Shown piece by piece: positions 6,793-15,770 of a stretch of DNA of 38,447 nt (its first letter is position 1; each line of letters starts with the position of its first letter). Location: positions 1-38,447 of the forward strand of contig JBEKES010000003.1 of the NCBI GenBank assembly GCA_050013715.1, read 5' to 3'. The stretch comes from Candidatus Micrarchaeaceae archaeon (GTDB lineage Archaea > Micrarchaeota > Micrarchaeia > Micrarchaeales > Micrarchaeaceae). Under the pieces are notes generated by a model. It saw only the letters and a program-made list of their open reading frames with translations, was not told where the DNA came from and did not search any database. Made by a program: the position numbers and the translations under genes.

Positions 6793-9336
6793 TCACTTGT
6801 CGCTTAATCTCTCTTTTGTAGGATCTATTCCATCTCCTCCGTATATTGTTTGTATTAATGAACCGCTTGCGTCCTTTACGCTTAGGTTCTCGTCAACATA
6901 GAAGTCCTGCATTGCGTTTACCAATCTTCTCTGCAAATAACCGCTCTGCGCAATGACCAATGACTTCGACATTGCAGAGTCTCTTGAACCCATTGCATGC
7001 ATGAAAAATTCAATCGGCTTCAATCCGTTGAAAAATGAAGATGATACGAATCCCTTTGCGCTTGGGTTCTTGTCATTTCTTTTGAAGTATGGTAATACTC
7101 TGCCGTTGTAGCCTCTTGAGGGTCTTTTACCTCTTACTGCCTGCTGACCTAGCAACATGCTTGTCTGTACGAAATTGAGTATGTTTCCTCTTGCCTTTAC
7201 AATTGCCATAAGCTGAGTATTGTTTTCAGGGCCGATGTGCTTGTTGAGTGCTTGCGCTGCCATTGTTCTTGCTCCTTCCAGTTCTGCCATGACAACCATT
7301 TCAAGCGTTTCCTTTCTTGTATAGCCTGGAAGCGAATCAAGCTTCTTGTCCTTGTAGCTTTGGGCCAATTCCTCTGACTTTGTCTTCACGTCCTGTATTA
7401 TCTTCTCCAATTCCTTGTTTATGCTATCAGAGTTGTAGTAGTCCTTTACGCTTATGGTTATTCCGCTTGCAGCTGTTATTCTGACTGCCATGTTCGCCAT
7501 TTTAAGCAAGAATTCTGTTGTGAATTCCGCTCCATAGTCCTGGAATATTTTGAGTATCAATGCGCCGTTGCTTTCCCCGACGAACTTCTCTGTAATCATT
7601 CCATCCACTAATTTTCCGTTCTTTATGGTAACGCTCTGCGTTCCTATCTTCATGTCGAAGTTAAGGTCTTCGGGCAACAGCATGGAGAAGATTGATCTTC
7701 CGCTGTACATTCCTTTCTTTTCTGCTTTTGGAAGATCATAGATTCCCGAATTGGATAATATTATGCAGGTTTCTTCCTTTGTGAACATTGCGCCTTCCTT
7801 TGTGAGCAAATACATTCCTATTATTTCGTCCTCTTCGATGAACATTACAGGCCTTCCGTCCCTTGGTTCGAGTATAAGATCCTTTGGCTGCATGAGATAT
7901 CTTGATTCAGCCTGTGCTTCAAGCGATTGAGGAAGATGGAAGTTCATTTCGTCTCCGTCGAAATCGGCATTGTATGGGAACGCAACTGAAACGTGTATTC
8001 TCATCGTTCTTCCTGGAAGCACCTTTACTATGTGGGCCATTACCGACAATCTGTGCAGTGTAGGCTGTCTGTTCATGAGTCCTATGTCCCCATCAATGAG
8101 CTGCCTTTCTACAATATAGCCAGGGGCAATGCTCTTTAGTATTTCTTCCCTGTTCGTTTCTGTTAATCTTTTTCTTACCTTTTCCTTTGTTATTATGTTA
8201 AGTGCAGTTGGGTATTCCTTGTTCTCAACGTATTTCTTGACGCTTTCGATGTTCCATTGAGTTACATATAACGGAATTGTAAGATTCTCCGCTATTCTCT
8301 TTGGAATTCCTACCTGATTAATTGTAAGGCTTGCATCTGGCGATACAACGGTTCTTGCGGAGAAGTTTACCCTCTTTCCGGATAAATTGTATCGCAATCT
8401 CCCTTCCTTTCCTTTCAGTCTTTGCGCAAGTGTTTTAAGCGGCCTTGTTGACCTATGCCTTGCCACTGGAATTCCCGGCGTTTCGTTGTTGAAGTAAGTG
8501 GTAACTTGGTATTGGAGCAATTCCCAAAGGTCGTCTATTATGATTTGAGGTGCACCTGCATCTATGTCCTGCTCAAGCCTTTGGTTTATTCTCATTATGT
8601 CCACAAGCTTGTGGGTAAGATCGTCCTCGCTTCTCTCTCCAGATTCAAGAGTTATCGATGGACGCACATTAACGGGAGGTACAAGAAGCACAGTAATAAC
8701 AAACCATTCTGGTCTCGTTGCAACTGGATCTATGCCCAATGATCGCAAATCATCGTCGCTTATCTTGGACAGCCAGTCTCTTATTTCGTCTGGCTTGAGC
8801 TTGTTGCTGTCAATGTAGAAAAATGTAGGACGTTCAAGCTTTAATTTTCTTTGAGGGGTTTGGCAATAAGGGCACTTCTTTACTGACTTCAATTTCTTAA
8901 GCAGAAGTATTCGATTGTCTTCCTCTTCCATGTTCGTAAGTATTGTGTTTGCTCCAGATTCCTCTTCCACTACTATGCTCTTTATTGCATTTTTAACGTC
9001 ATCGCTCTGCTGATCCGTTAGCAATACCCTATGGCAGCTGTAGCAAGTTGATTGCAGGAGCGAATAAATTGTTTTTGCGAATTCCGGATGCATTACCGGT
9101 CTTACCAATTCGATGTGACCGAAGTGTCCCGGGCAGCTTTTTACTCTGCCTCCGCAGGTCTTGCATCTCAGTCCCGGGTCTATGACTCCCAGTCTTTGAT
9201 CCACTAATCCTCCATCTATTGGATAGCCTTCATCGTTGTAGGTATCTGGAACAATCAATCGGGCAACGCTCATCTTCTTGATTGTTTGAGGGCTTATGGT
9301 TGTAAATCTTATATAGCTAATTGTTTCGGCTTGCAT
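6793..9336 (-). CDS. rpoA1: DNA-directed RNA polymerase subunit A' (Rpo1N)
   Basis: Catalytic NADFDGD motif, N-terminal Zn clamp (CKTC...CPGHFGHIEL), RQPTLHR. Confidence 0.98.
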   Translation of the reverse strand: MQAETISYIRFTTISPQTIKKMSVARLIVPDTYNDEGYPIDGGLVDQRLGVIDPGLRCKTCGGRVKSCPGHFGHIELVRPVMHPEFAKTIYSLLQSTCYSCHRVLLTDQQSDDVKNAIKSIVVEEESGANTILTNMEEEDNRILLLKKLKSVKKCPYCQTPQRKLKLERPTFFYIDSNKLKPDEIRDWLSKISDDDLRSLGIDPVATRPEWFVITVLLVPPVNVRPSITLESGERSEDDLTHKLVDIMRINQRLEQDIDAGAPQIIIDDLWELLQYQVTTYFNNETPGIPVARHRSTRPLKTLAQRLKGKEGRLRYNLSGKRVNFSARTVVSPDASLTINQVGIPKRIAENLTIPLYVTQWNIESVKKYVENKEYPTALNIITKEKVRKRLTETNREEILKSIAPGYIVERQLIDGDIGLMNRQPTLHRLSVMAHIVKVLPGRTMRIHVSVAFPYNADFDGDEMNFHLPQSLEAQAESRYLMQPKDLILEPRDGRPVMFIEEDEIIGMYLLTKEGAMFTKEETCIILSNSGIYDLPKAEKKGMYSGRSIFSMLLPEDLNFDMKIGTQSVTIKNGKLVDGMITEKFVGESNGALILKIFQDYGAEFTTEFLLKMANMAVRITAASGITISVKDYYNSDSINKELEKIIQDVKTKSEELAQSYKDKKLDSLPGYTRKETLEMVVMAELEGARTMAAQALNKHIGPENNTQLMAIVKARGNILNFVQTSMLLGQQAVRGKRPSRGYNGRVLPYFKRNDKNPSAKGFVSSSFFNGLKPIEFFMHAMGSRDSAMSKSLVIAQSGYLQRRLVNAMQDFYVDENLSVKDASGSLIQTIYGGDGIDPTKERLSDK

Positions 9337-9340
9337 AGCA

Positions 9341-11170
9341 TCACTCGTTTTTGAACCTTATCCTTGGCAGTATGTGCAATGATTTTATTTCATCGAAAAG
9401 CAACTTGAAGGCGTAGCTGATTTCTACCATTTCAAGCTCATTGCCTCCACAGGTTTGGCATACTGGCACATTCTTAATGTAATCATAATAGCCAACGTCT
9501 CCGCAGTTCTTGCATACCCAGATTTCTGCTTTGTCCGATTGATCAAGCATACGCTCCTTGAGCAGCAGGCTAGCTCCGTGAGCAACAAGTGCGTCACGTT
9601 CCATCTCTCCGAACTTCAATCCTCCTCTTCTTGGCTTTCCTTCTGTTGGCTGGTGTGTTAATATTTGCACTGGCCCTCTGCTTCTAACCTGAAGCTTCAA
9701 ACTTACCATGTGCATTAATCTATTATAGTAGATAACTCCTGTAAATATTTTTGAATTGAATTTGCGTCCTGTTCTTCCATCGTAGAGCGTTTCGTCTCCG
9801 AACTTCTCGAAGCCATGCTCTTCTAGTATGGATCCATATTCATCAACAAGTGCCTTTCCGTTCGTTGCGAATGGAGTTCCATCGAAGTGCTTTCCTTTGG
9901 GCGAGCCTACCTTTCCTCCAAGCATCTCAAGCATGTGCCCGAAGGTCATTCTTGATGGCAATCCGTGCGGGTTAAGCAGCAAATCAGGCACAATGCCCTC
10001 TTTTGTGAATGGCATGTCATTTGGATCAATTATAAGTGCAACAACTCCCTTCTGTCCATGACGGCTTGCGAACTTGTCCCCTATTTCAGGTATCTTTTGG
10101 CTTCTTATTCTTATTTTAGAAATTCGAGTCGCGCTGGTTGTTTCACACAACATTACGCTGTCAACTGTTCCCTCTTCACCTGCCTTTAGTGTTATTGAAT
10201 TGTCACGTCTTTTCTCTTCTCCAACTCCGAAGCTTGTTTGCTCTTCAAGGAATCTTGGTGGAGAAACCTTTCCTATGAGTACATCACCTTCCTTTACGTT
10301 TGTCTCGTTTTCGATTAATCCGTCTTCGCTAAGTTTTGAATAGGCATGCTCTCCCAGATAGCCTTCTGTTGTAGCTGGAGGCACTTTGAAATAATCCTGC
10401 TGGCTTCCCGGGTATCTTCGCTCTTCATCTGAATATGTTTTGTAGGCAGCGCTTCTTGCTAATCCTCTGTCAACTGCAGCTCTATTCAATATAACTGCGT
10501 CCTTCATGTTGTAACCATAATAAGTGGAAAGTGCAACAACAAAGTTCTGCCCTGATGGGTGCCTTTGCATCTTAAGCGTTCTATAGGCAAGGCTGTCAAC
10601 AATTGGCGATTGCGGATAATAAAGCAGGAATGCCCTTGGGTCATAACGCTTGTTGAAGTTTATTGCATACAATCCCTGGCTTTGCTTTGCGAAGTTCGAA
10701 GATATTGGGTGCCTTCCTATTGAGTTGTACTCAGGATAAACAATAAGATTCATGGTAAGGCCAAGCATTGATGCCTTGTCAATTTCAAGATGAGTTGTCT
10801 TCTCGTTTATTTCACTGGCATCGAATGCCACCATTGTGTTTTCTTCCTCTTCAGCATCAAGGTATTCGATAATTCCCCTTCTTACAAGGTAATTGAAATC
10901 CGTTTCATGGCTTTTGAGTCGTTCCATCAATTCTGGAGTAAGCTTGCTTGCACCGTTCTCTACAACTATATATGGCTTTCTTGCACGGCCTCTATCAGCG
11001 TTGATGTGCACTTCGTTGAGCTTCTTTACATAGGAAACATTAACCTCTCCGGAAATGACTCCCAATCTTCTGTTCTTTCTGACTTCTTCGGAGAACTTTC
11101 TTCCTGACTTCACGTTGCCTATCAATCTTCCATCAAGATAAACATAACATTTTTGTTGTTTTTCGCTCAT
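9341..11170 (-). CDS. rpoB1: DNA-directed RNA polymerase subunit B' (Rpo2C); likely start MSEKQQ at 11170
   Basis: GDKFASRHGQKG, PDLLLNPHGLPSRMT, GGLKFGEMERD and a C-terminal Zn finger. The upstream ORF-track start overlaps rpoB2. Confidence 0.97.
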   Translation of the reverse strand: MSEKQQKCYVYLDGRLIGNVKSGRKFSEEVRKNRRLGVISGEVNVSYVKKLNEVHINADRGRARKPYIVVENGASKLTPELMERLKSHETDFNYLVRRGIIEYLDAEEEENTMVAFDASEINEKTTHLEIDKASMLGLTMNLIVYPEYNSIGRHPISSNFAKQSQGLYAINFNKRYDPRAFLLYYPQSPIVDSLAYRTLKMQRHPSGQNFVVALSTYYGYNMKDAVILNRAAVDRGLARSAAYKTYSDEERRYPGSQQDYFKVPPATTEGYLGEHAYSKLSEDGLIENETNVKEGDVLIGKVSPPRFLEEQTSFGVGEEKRRDNSITLKAGEEGTVDSVMLCETTSATRISKIRIRSQKIPEIGDKFASRHGQKGVVALIIDPNDMPFTKEGIVPDLLLNPHGLPSRMTFGHMLEMLGGKVGSPKGKHFDGTPFATNGKALVDEYGSILEEHGFEKFGDETLYDGRTGRKFNSKIFTGVIYYNRLMHMVSLKLQVRSRGPVQILTHQPTEGKPRRGGLKFGEMERDALVAHGASLLLKERMLDQSDKAEIWVCKNCGDVGYYDYIKNVPVCQTCGGNELEMVEISYAFKLLFDEIKSLHILPRIRFKNE

Positions 11171-11180
11171 AAAAAAACCT

Positions 11181-12641
11181 TTAGATAAGTTTTGCCTCAC
11201 GAAGCTTCTCTTCAAGGGCCTTTTGGTCTGCTCCAACTGTTATCTTTGCCATAAGCGCAAGATATTTGGTAAGTCCTACGTCAGTTCCTTCTGGGGTTTC
11301 GCTCGGGCACAATTTGCCCAGGTAAGTTCCATGCACGTCTCTCGCCTTGAAATGCGGGTGCTTTTTCGAAAGAGGTGATTTTACTCTTCTCAAATGAGCG
11401 AAGGTGCTTGTGAAGTTCATTCTGTCCAATACTTGGGAAATTCCTGTCTGACCTGCAGGCCATGAGCCTGTTCCCATGGAATAAAGCATCTTTTCAGTAA
11501 GGGTGTCAGGGTTAATGTTTGTTCGCACGCTAAGCTTGCGCCCCCTTGCGGTTGTCCTTTCAATATGGTATTTGATATCCTTTATGAAGAACTTGAAGGC
11601 ATTGTTGAATAATTCTTCCATGAGATCTCCAGAAAGTTTTATCCTCTTGTTCGCATAATGGTCCTTGTCATCAGCTTTTACGTGTCTATAGGCAACAAGC
11701 GACGCATGGTCTGCCATTCTAAGTAAATACAATCCCTTTTCCTTTCTCACCTCTGCAGTTGAGCCAAGATGTGGAAGTATATAAGTGTCAAGCTGTATTT
11801 CTGCACGTTTTTTCTGATACTCCTTTGTCTGGTTTGGTGCGGCTATCTTTCCCAATTCCATAAGCGCATCATTTATTGTGAATTCCTTTGCAACGCTGAG
11901 GTCAATATTAAGAAGTAGATCATTCTCTACTTCCTTGTTTTCAACATGCTCCGGGATTTCACTCACTTTTATGCCTAATGCAGCAAGTATTAGCACAAGG
12001 TCCATTCCCTTTGAAACTGTTGGGAATAATACTTTGTAAATTCCGTATTCATCGCGAGTTACGCTGCATCTTGCACGGAAGTTTACAGTAGTGGAAAACA
12101 CTTTGCTCACTACATCGCCGTCGCTTTCCTTTGTTGTCATTATTCGATTTGGGGCAAGGTCTTCCACTCCAACAAGAACACGCTCTGTTCCTTTTATTAT
12201 GAAGTATCCTCCTGGATCATCAGGGTCTTCGCCTTCTTGGACTAACTGCTCTTTTGTCATGTTGTGAGTGTAACAAAGGTCGCTTTTTACCATTACCGGC
12301 ATTTCACCTACGAATGCCTCTCCTGCTGCGTCTTCCTTCTCAATGCCGCTTACTACTGGCATGTATGTTATGTACATTGGCGCTGCATAGGTAAGATTAC
12401 GTGCTAATGCCTCATTGGGCATTATCTTTCTGGTTGAGCTATCAGATTCAATTATAATTGGAGGCTCTACCCTAACTCCGATGAATTTTATTGCAAAGTC
12501 AGATACTTCTGGCTCAACGATATTGTTGCTGTCGAGTACCTTCTGCATGCCTATTCTTATGAATCGATTATAGCTTTCGATTTGCTGCTGAACCATCGAC
12601 GTTGAGTTCAAATAAGATTCGAGTACCTCATGATTGTCCAT
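11181..12641 (-). CDS. rpoB2: DNA-directed RNA polymerase subunit B'' (Rpo2N)
   Basis: QQIESYNRF, DPGGYFIIKGTERV, DDKDHYANKRI, LCPSETPEG. Confidence 0.97.
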   Translation of the reverse strand: MDNHEVLESYLNSTSMVQQQIESYNRFIRIGMQKVLDSNNIVEPEVSDFAIKFIGVRVEPPIIIESDSSTRKIMPNEALARNLTYAAPMYITYMPVVSGIEKEDAAGEAFVGEMPVMVKSDLCYTHNMTKEQLVQEGEDPDDPGGYFIIKGTERVLVGVEDLAPNRIMTTKESDGDVVSKVFSTTVNFRARCSVTRDEYGIYKVLFPTVSKGMDLVLILAALGIKVSEIPEHVENKEVENDLLLNIDLSVAKEFTINDALMELGKIAAPNQTKEYQKKRAEIQLDTYILPHLGSTAEVRKEKGLYLLRMADHASLVAYRHVKADDKDHYANKRIKLSGDLMEELFNNAFKFFIKDIKYHIERTTARGRKLSVRTNINPDTLTEKMLYSMGTGSWPAGQTGISQVLDRMNFTSTFAHLRRVKSPLSKKHPHFKARDVHGTYLGKLCPSETPEGTDVGLTKYLALMAKITVGADQKALEEKLREAKLI

Positions 12642-12662
12642 AATAAAACACCTTGCGGCTTT

Positions 12663-12887
12663 TCAGCCCTTTACCACTAATCTATAATAAGTGTAACTTC
12701 CTGTTGGATCCTCTCTGTGTATTGCGATAAGATTGCCTGGCTTTGCGTTAAGCTTCTTGGCCTGTGGATCGCTCTCAAGCAATTTTGGGAACTTTTCCAA
12801 TGGCGCATTGTATTTTTTTGCTACTTTCTTTGCCTCGCTAGCGCTGAGTAATTCATGTTCGGGTATTAGTTTTGGCGTTTTGACCAA
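12663..12887 (-). CDS. rpoH: DNA-directed RNA polymerase subunit H (Rpo5)
   Basis: LIPEHELLS...FPKLLESDP...YYRLVV; GGTGA RBS upstream; first gene of the rpo operon. Confidence 0.96.
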   Translation of the reverse strand: MVKTPKLIPEHELLSASEAKKVAKKYNAPLEKFPKLLESDPQAKKLNAKPGNLIAIHREDPTGSYTYYRLVVKG

Positions 12888-13004
12888 TTATTCACCAAGC
12901 AGAGACAGCACAACGACTGACAAGAAGAATCCTGATATTCTATTTAAAAAGAGGGTATAAATATCTTATTGTTTATTCCGTTTAGGTTTGTATAACCTTT
13001 TGAG

Positions 13005-13352
13005 TTAAGTCCTTAGAAGGCGCCTATTTTTATAACCTATCGCCTCGTCTGCCAACTCCGGAACAAGAACTTTAATAAAAGCATCAAAACTTAAGCCCAA
13101 TGTCATTGCAACTACAGGGGAACACTTTCTGATTTCTTCATAAGATTCCGAAGTTCCACTCCATTCTTCAACCAACATTTTTGCACTTACTTTCCTATAA
13201 GGTAACAATGCATGATCAGCATAATTCATATAAAATGAACGTGAACCAATAACTATATTCGAATTTCTTAGAAAGCTGTTTAATCTAGCTATTATTATAT
13301 CTCCAGATGGCATTTCTATTGTTTTATCTTCCGGTCTTAATCTTTCCTTCAT
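13005..13352 (-). CDS. Hypothetical protein (AT-rich accessory gene)
   Basis: 115-aa ORF with TATAAATATTTG and GTGAT leader on the minus strand. Confidence 0.6.
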   Translation of the reverse strand: MKERLRPEDKTIEMPSGDIIIARLNSFLRNSNIVIGSRSFYMNYADHALLPYRKVSAKMLVEEWSGTSESYEEIRKCSPVVAMTLGLSFDAFIKVLVPELADEAIGYKNRRLLRT

Positions 13353-13475
13353 ATTATCACATTAATATTGTAAATATCCAAATATTTATAGTTAACTAAA
13401 CTACGTTAATCATCGTTTTTGTGCGAATCCATCTATTGCAAATCTATAAATATTATCCTGGATAAATTTATCTTT

Positions 13476-13685
13476 ATGAGAATGAAAGCTGCATTAAGAA
13501 ATACGTTGGCAGTTACTGCCATGGGGCTTACAGCAATTGGCATAATCGGGTTTTATGATGATCCTTCTGAACTTGAGGTATTTACAAGGTGCATGTCCTT
13601 AGATGAGTACAAGTACAGACATGATTCAACTCCCAAGTGGTATGGTACTACACAGAAAGAGGTTAAATTCACCCTAAGGCATTAA
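13476..13685 (+). CDS. Small membrane-anchored protein (paralog family with 13701 and 14761 ORFs)
   Basis: MRMKAALRN followed by a hydrophobic helix; promoter CAAATCTATAAATATTAT shared with the 14761 gene; may be truncated. Confidence 0.5.
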   Translation: MRMKAALRNTLAVTAMGLTAIGIIGFYDDPSELEVFTRCMSLDEYKYRHDSTPKWYGTTQKEVKFTLRH

Positions 13686-13700
13686 ACAGCATATATAAAA

Positions 13701-14018
13701 GTGAAAAATATGAATTTTGCACATAACAAGAAAAAGTTAATGGTAGCAGCTCTTGGCCTGTGCATGATTGGAAGCCTTGACAGCTGCAAGATGCTAAGAA
13801 CTCAAGACAGCGTTGCTGTTGCAAAGCAGAAAGAACAGATCAGGAAATGGAAGAATAATGGGTATGTAAAAATAAGGGATGATGAAATAGATGAAAGGGA
13901 AGCTGGCTGCAAAACTACTGGAAAAACTCTGTTCATGCATCCAAGCGGCGAAAAAGGCTATGTTCTGGGCCAATGCCTTAAATTCTACGAATACGAGCAG
14001 GAAATCATGCACGAATGA
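13701..14018 (+). CDS. Small secreted/lipoprotein-like protein
   Basis: Basic N-terminus and hydrophobic helix; the IRKWKNNGYV..DEIDEREAGC motif resembles the 14761 protein. Confidence 0.6.
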   Translation: MKNMNFAHNKKKLMVAALGLCMIGSLDSCKMLRTQDSVAVAKQKEQIRKWKNNGYVKIRDDEIDEREAGCKTTGKTLFMHPSGEKGYVLGQCLKFYEYEQEIMHE

Positions 14019-14146
14019 TCTAACTTTCATTACCTTTCCTGATTAATTCTATTGCTGTACCTTTGATCAATAATTTTAGAATTATTTGTACAAAAATCCA
14101 CTACGGCTTTGCACATAAAATAGGCATTTGCACATTTAATATTGTG

Positions 14147-14248
14147 TTAGCACAATAAAATGAACTACTCTGCAAAGTAATCGCATACAACATTATGATC
14201 TTGATTCAAGAGATGGGAGAATTAGGGATAAATGTAGATTTCAACTGA
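14147..14248 (+). pseudogene. C-terminal remnant of a DDE (IS4/IS5-like, DDE_Tnp_1) transposase
   Basis: Translation LAQ*NELLCKVIAYNIMILIQEMGELGINVDFN* resembles the NE.LCK...(H/Y)NI..LI....ELGI...F tail of such transposases; lies inside the TIRs. Confidence 0.65.
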
Positions 14249-14257
14249 TATAAACCT

Positions 14258-14596
14258 TCAAAAATATTCTCTGCCACAGCCTGTCTCAAGCGTTGATGTG
14301 GATCGACCTTTCGTTCCATTAGATTCTCTTTTCAGAGACCTTGTGCTAAATCCAGCATCAAAAATTTCTCTTTTTCTACCACTACCTAATATTGCTTCTG
14401 CAATCTTATTTTCAGATATGGCTATTCTGACATGCGCCTCTCTATCATTTGCAAGTTTTATAAGTGTCTCTCTTGTTATTGCTGCTACTGCCGTTTTACT
14501 CTCAGCAACCAGAAGTCTTTCAAAAGGATTATCACTTTTTGCAAGTTTTTCGCATGTTTCTTTTTCTTTATACTTACTATCTTCTATTGTTGCCAT
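14258..14596 (-). CDS. Passenger gene: small HEAT/LRV-repeat-like helical protein
   Basis: Repeats KLAKSDNPFERLLVAES and KLANDREAHVRIAISEN; own promoter inside the element; C-terminus may be frameshifted. Confidence 0.55.
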   Translation of the reverse strand: MATIEDSKYKEKETCEKLAKSDNPFERLLVAESKTAVAAITRETLIKLANDREAHVRIAISENKIAEAILGSGRKREIFDAGFSTRSLKRESNGTKGRSTSTLETGCGREYF

Positions 14597-14760
14597 TTGA
14601 CCACAATAAGATTACGCATTTCAAATATATATAATTAACTGGGTATGGAGTATGCACAAAAATTAACAAACTTGCACATTTGATAGGGCAATTTTACTAT
14701 TTTATGTGCAAAGCCCATCCACTACAAATCTATAAATATTATTTAAAATAGAAGTTATAT

Positions 14761-15171
14761 ATGCAAGGCAAAATGAGAATGAGATTAAAAATACCTATTG
14801 CTGCTGTACTTATTGGGTTTGGAACACTAGGCGTAGTTAAACTTAACGATCAATATGCACAAAAGATTCACGACCATTTCATTGGAACTACAGCACATTT
14901 AGATGTAGATAGTGAAATAAAAGAGCTAAGAAGAAGAGGATACACCGAAACAAGCCAAATGGAAGAGGAAGAAAGACGAGAGTATTGCAGTAGTATTGAT
15001 ATGGATCTTGATGTAATACCTGTTTATCCTTCAAACCCGGATAGTTCTAATACTTTTACTGCACCACGCCTTATGGCAAAGTGCATTGATCCGGAACTCA
15101 ACCCTAACTATGATGTAGATGAAGACTGGGCTAATTCTGTATTGGATAGAATCAAGTTTCAGCGCAAATAA
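14761..15171 (+). CDS. Small membrane-anchored protein (paralog family)
   Basis: N-terminal TM helix; IKELRRRGYT..MEEEERREYC motif. Confidence 0.65.
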   Translation: MQGKMRMRLKIPIAAVLIGFGTLGVVKLNDQYAQKIHDHFIGTTAHLDVDSEIKELRRRGYTETSQMEEEERREYCSSIDMDLDVIPVYPSNPDSSNTFTAPRLMAKCIDPELNPNYDVDEDWANSVLDRIKFQRK

Positions 15172-15246
15172 TCTAAATCAGTAAAGCTTGCGCTAATTCT
15201 TATGAAATAAAAAAGAAAAAGAAAGTAAAAAGGAATTAATGCCTTT

Positions 15247-15642
15247 TTACATCATTTGCATAGCGCTTCCGATCCATCCTATTAGGAATCCTACTATTAC
15301 TATCCAGAAGCCTACATTCCATGCAGGGCTTGCAGTTAGAATGACCAAAGCCAATGAGGTAAACATTAACAATTTACCTACCATGCCACCCATGCGGCAC
15401 TTGCTTGACAATGCTCCTGCTAAGCTGCTAAAGAATAGTCCTATGGATCCAAGGACTGCTACGCCGAAAAGTATTGGCACCCATAAAGATCCTGCTCCAT
15501 TTAACCATGCGTTTCCGAATGGTGGGTTTGCACCTGCTCCTGTAAAAACTACATATAGGAACAACAGTGCAGCAATGAATCTTAGAACATCAGGCCATGC
15601 GCCCTTGTCCTTAGGCTTTGCTGTTGGTGTGTTTCTTGGCAT
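15247..15642 (-). CDS. Integral membrane protein (4 TM)
   Basis: Four hydrophobic helices; GTGAG RBS and TTTAAA promoter upstream; T-rich tract downstream on the minus strand. Confidence 0.8.
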   Translation of the reverse strand: MPRNTPTAKPKDKGAWPDVLRFIAALLFLYVVFTGAGANPPFGNAWLNGAGSLWVPILFGVAVLGSIGLFFSSLAGALSSKCRMGGMVGKLLMFTSLALVILTASPAWNVGFWIVIVGFLIGWIGSAMQMM

Positions 15643-15727
15643 ATTCTCACAATATATCTTATCAGCGATATGTTTTTAAACCCTTCGCAAGAGTTAGTGT
15701 ATTGACGTATAAATTTTGGTTTTTCAC

Positions 15728-15759
15728 TAAAATGAAATTTCGACGTAAGTTTCATTTTA
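15728..15759. repeat. Intergenic inverted repeat (possible terminator or operator)
   Basis: TAAAATGAAA-TTT-CGACGT-AAG-TTTCATTTTA, a 10-bp perfect stem immediately downstream of the GT2 gene. Confidence 0.5.
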
Positions 15760-15770
15760 TGAGAGTATTT

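Larger units (their letters stand above)
14105..14716. mobile_element. Non-autonomous (internally deleted) transposon carrying a passenger gene
   Basis: Perfect 19-bp TIRs GGCTTTGCACATAAAATAG (14105-14123) and CTATTTTATGTGCAAAGCC (14697-14715); flanking direct repeat ATCCACTAC (14096-14104, 14717-14725); internal TTGCACATT repeats; transposase-tail remnant. Confidence 0.85.

Noticed and set aside
11171..11236. N-terminal extension of rpoB1 overlapping rpoB2, suggesting a fused or frameshifted rpoB
   Set aside because: The ATG at 11170 gives a normal split B''/B' arrangement.
6047..11463. Multiple short ORFs inside the rpo operon
   Set aside because: Antisense or alternate-frame overlaps of conserved core genes.
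15239..15679. 146-aa plus-strand ORF (also 17716-18129 minus)
   Set aside because: Antisense to well-formed membrane-protein genes.
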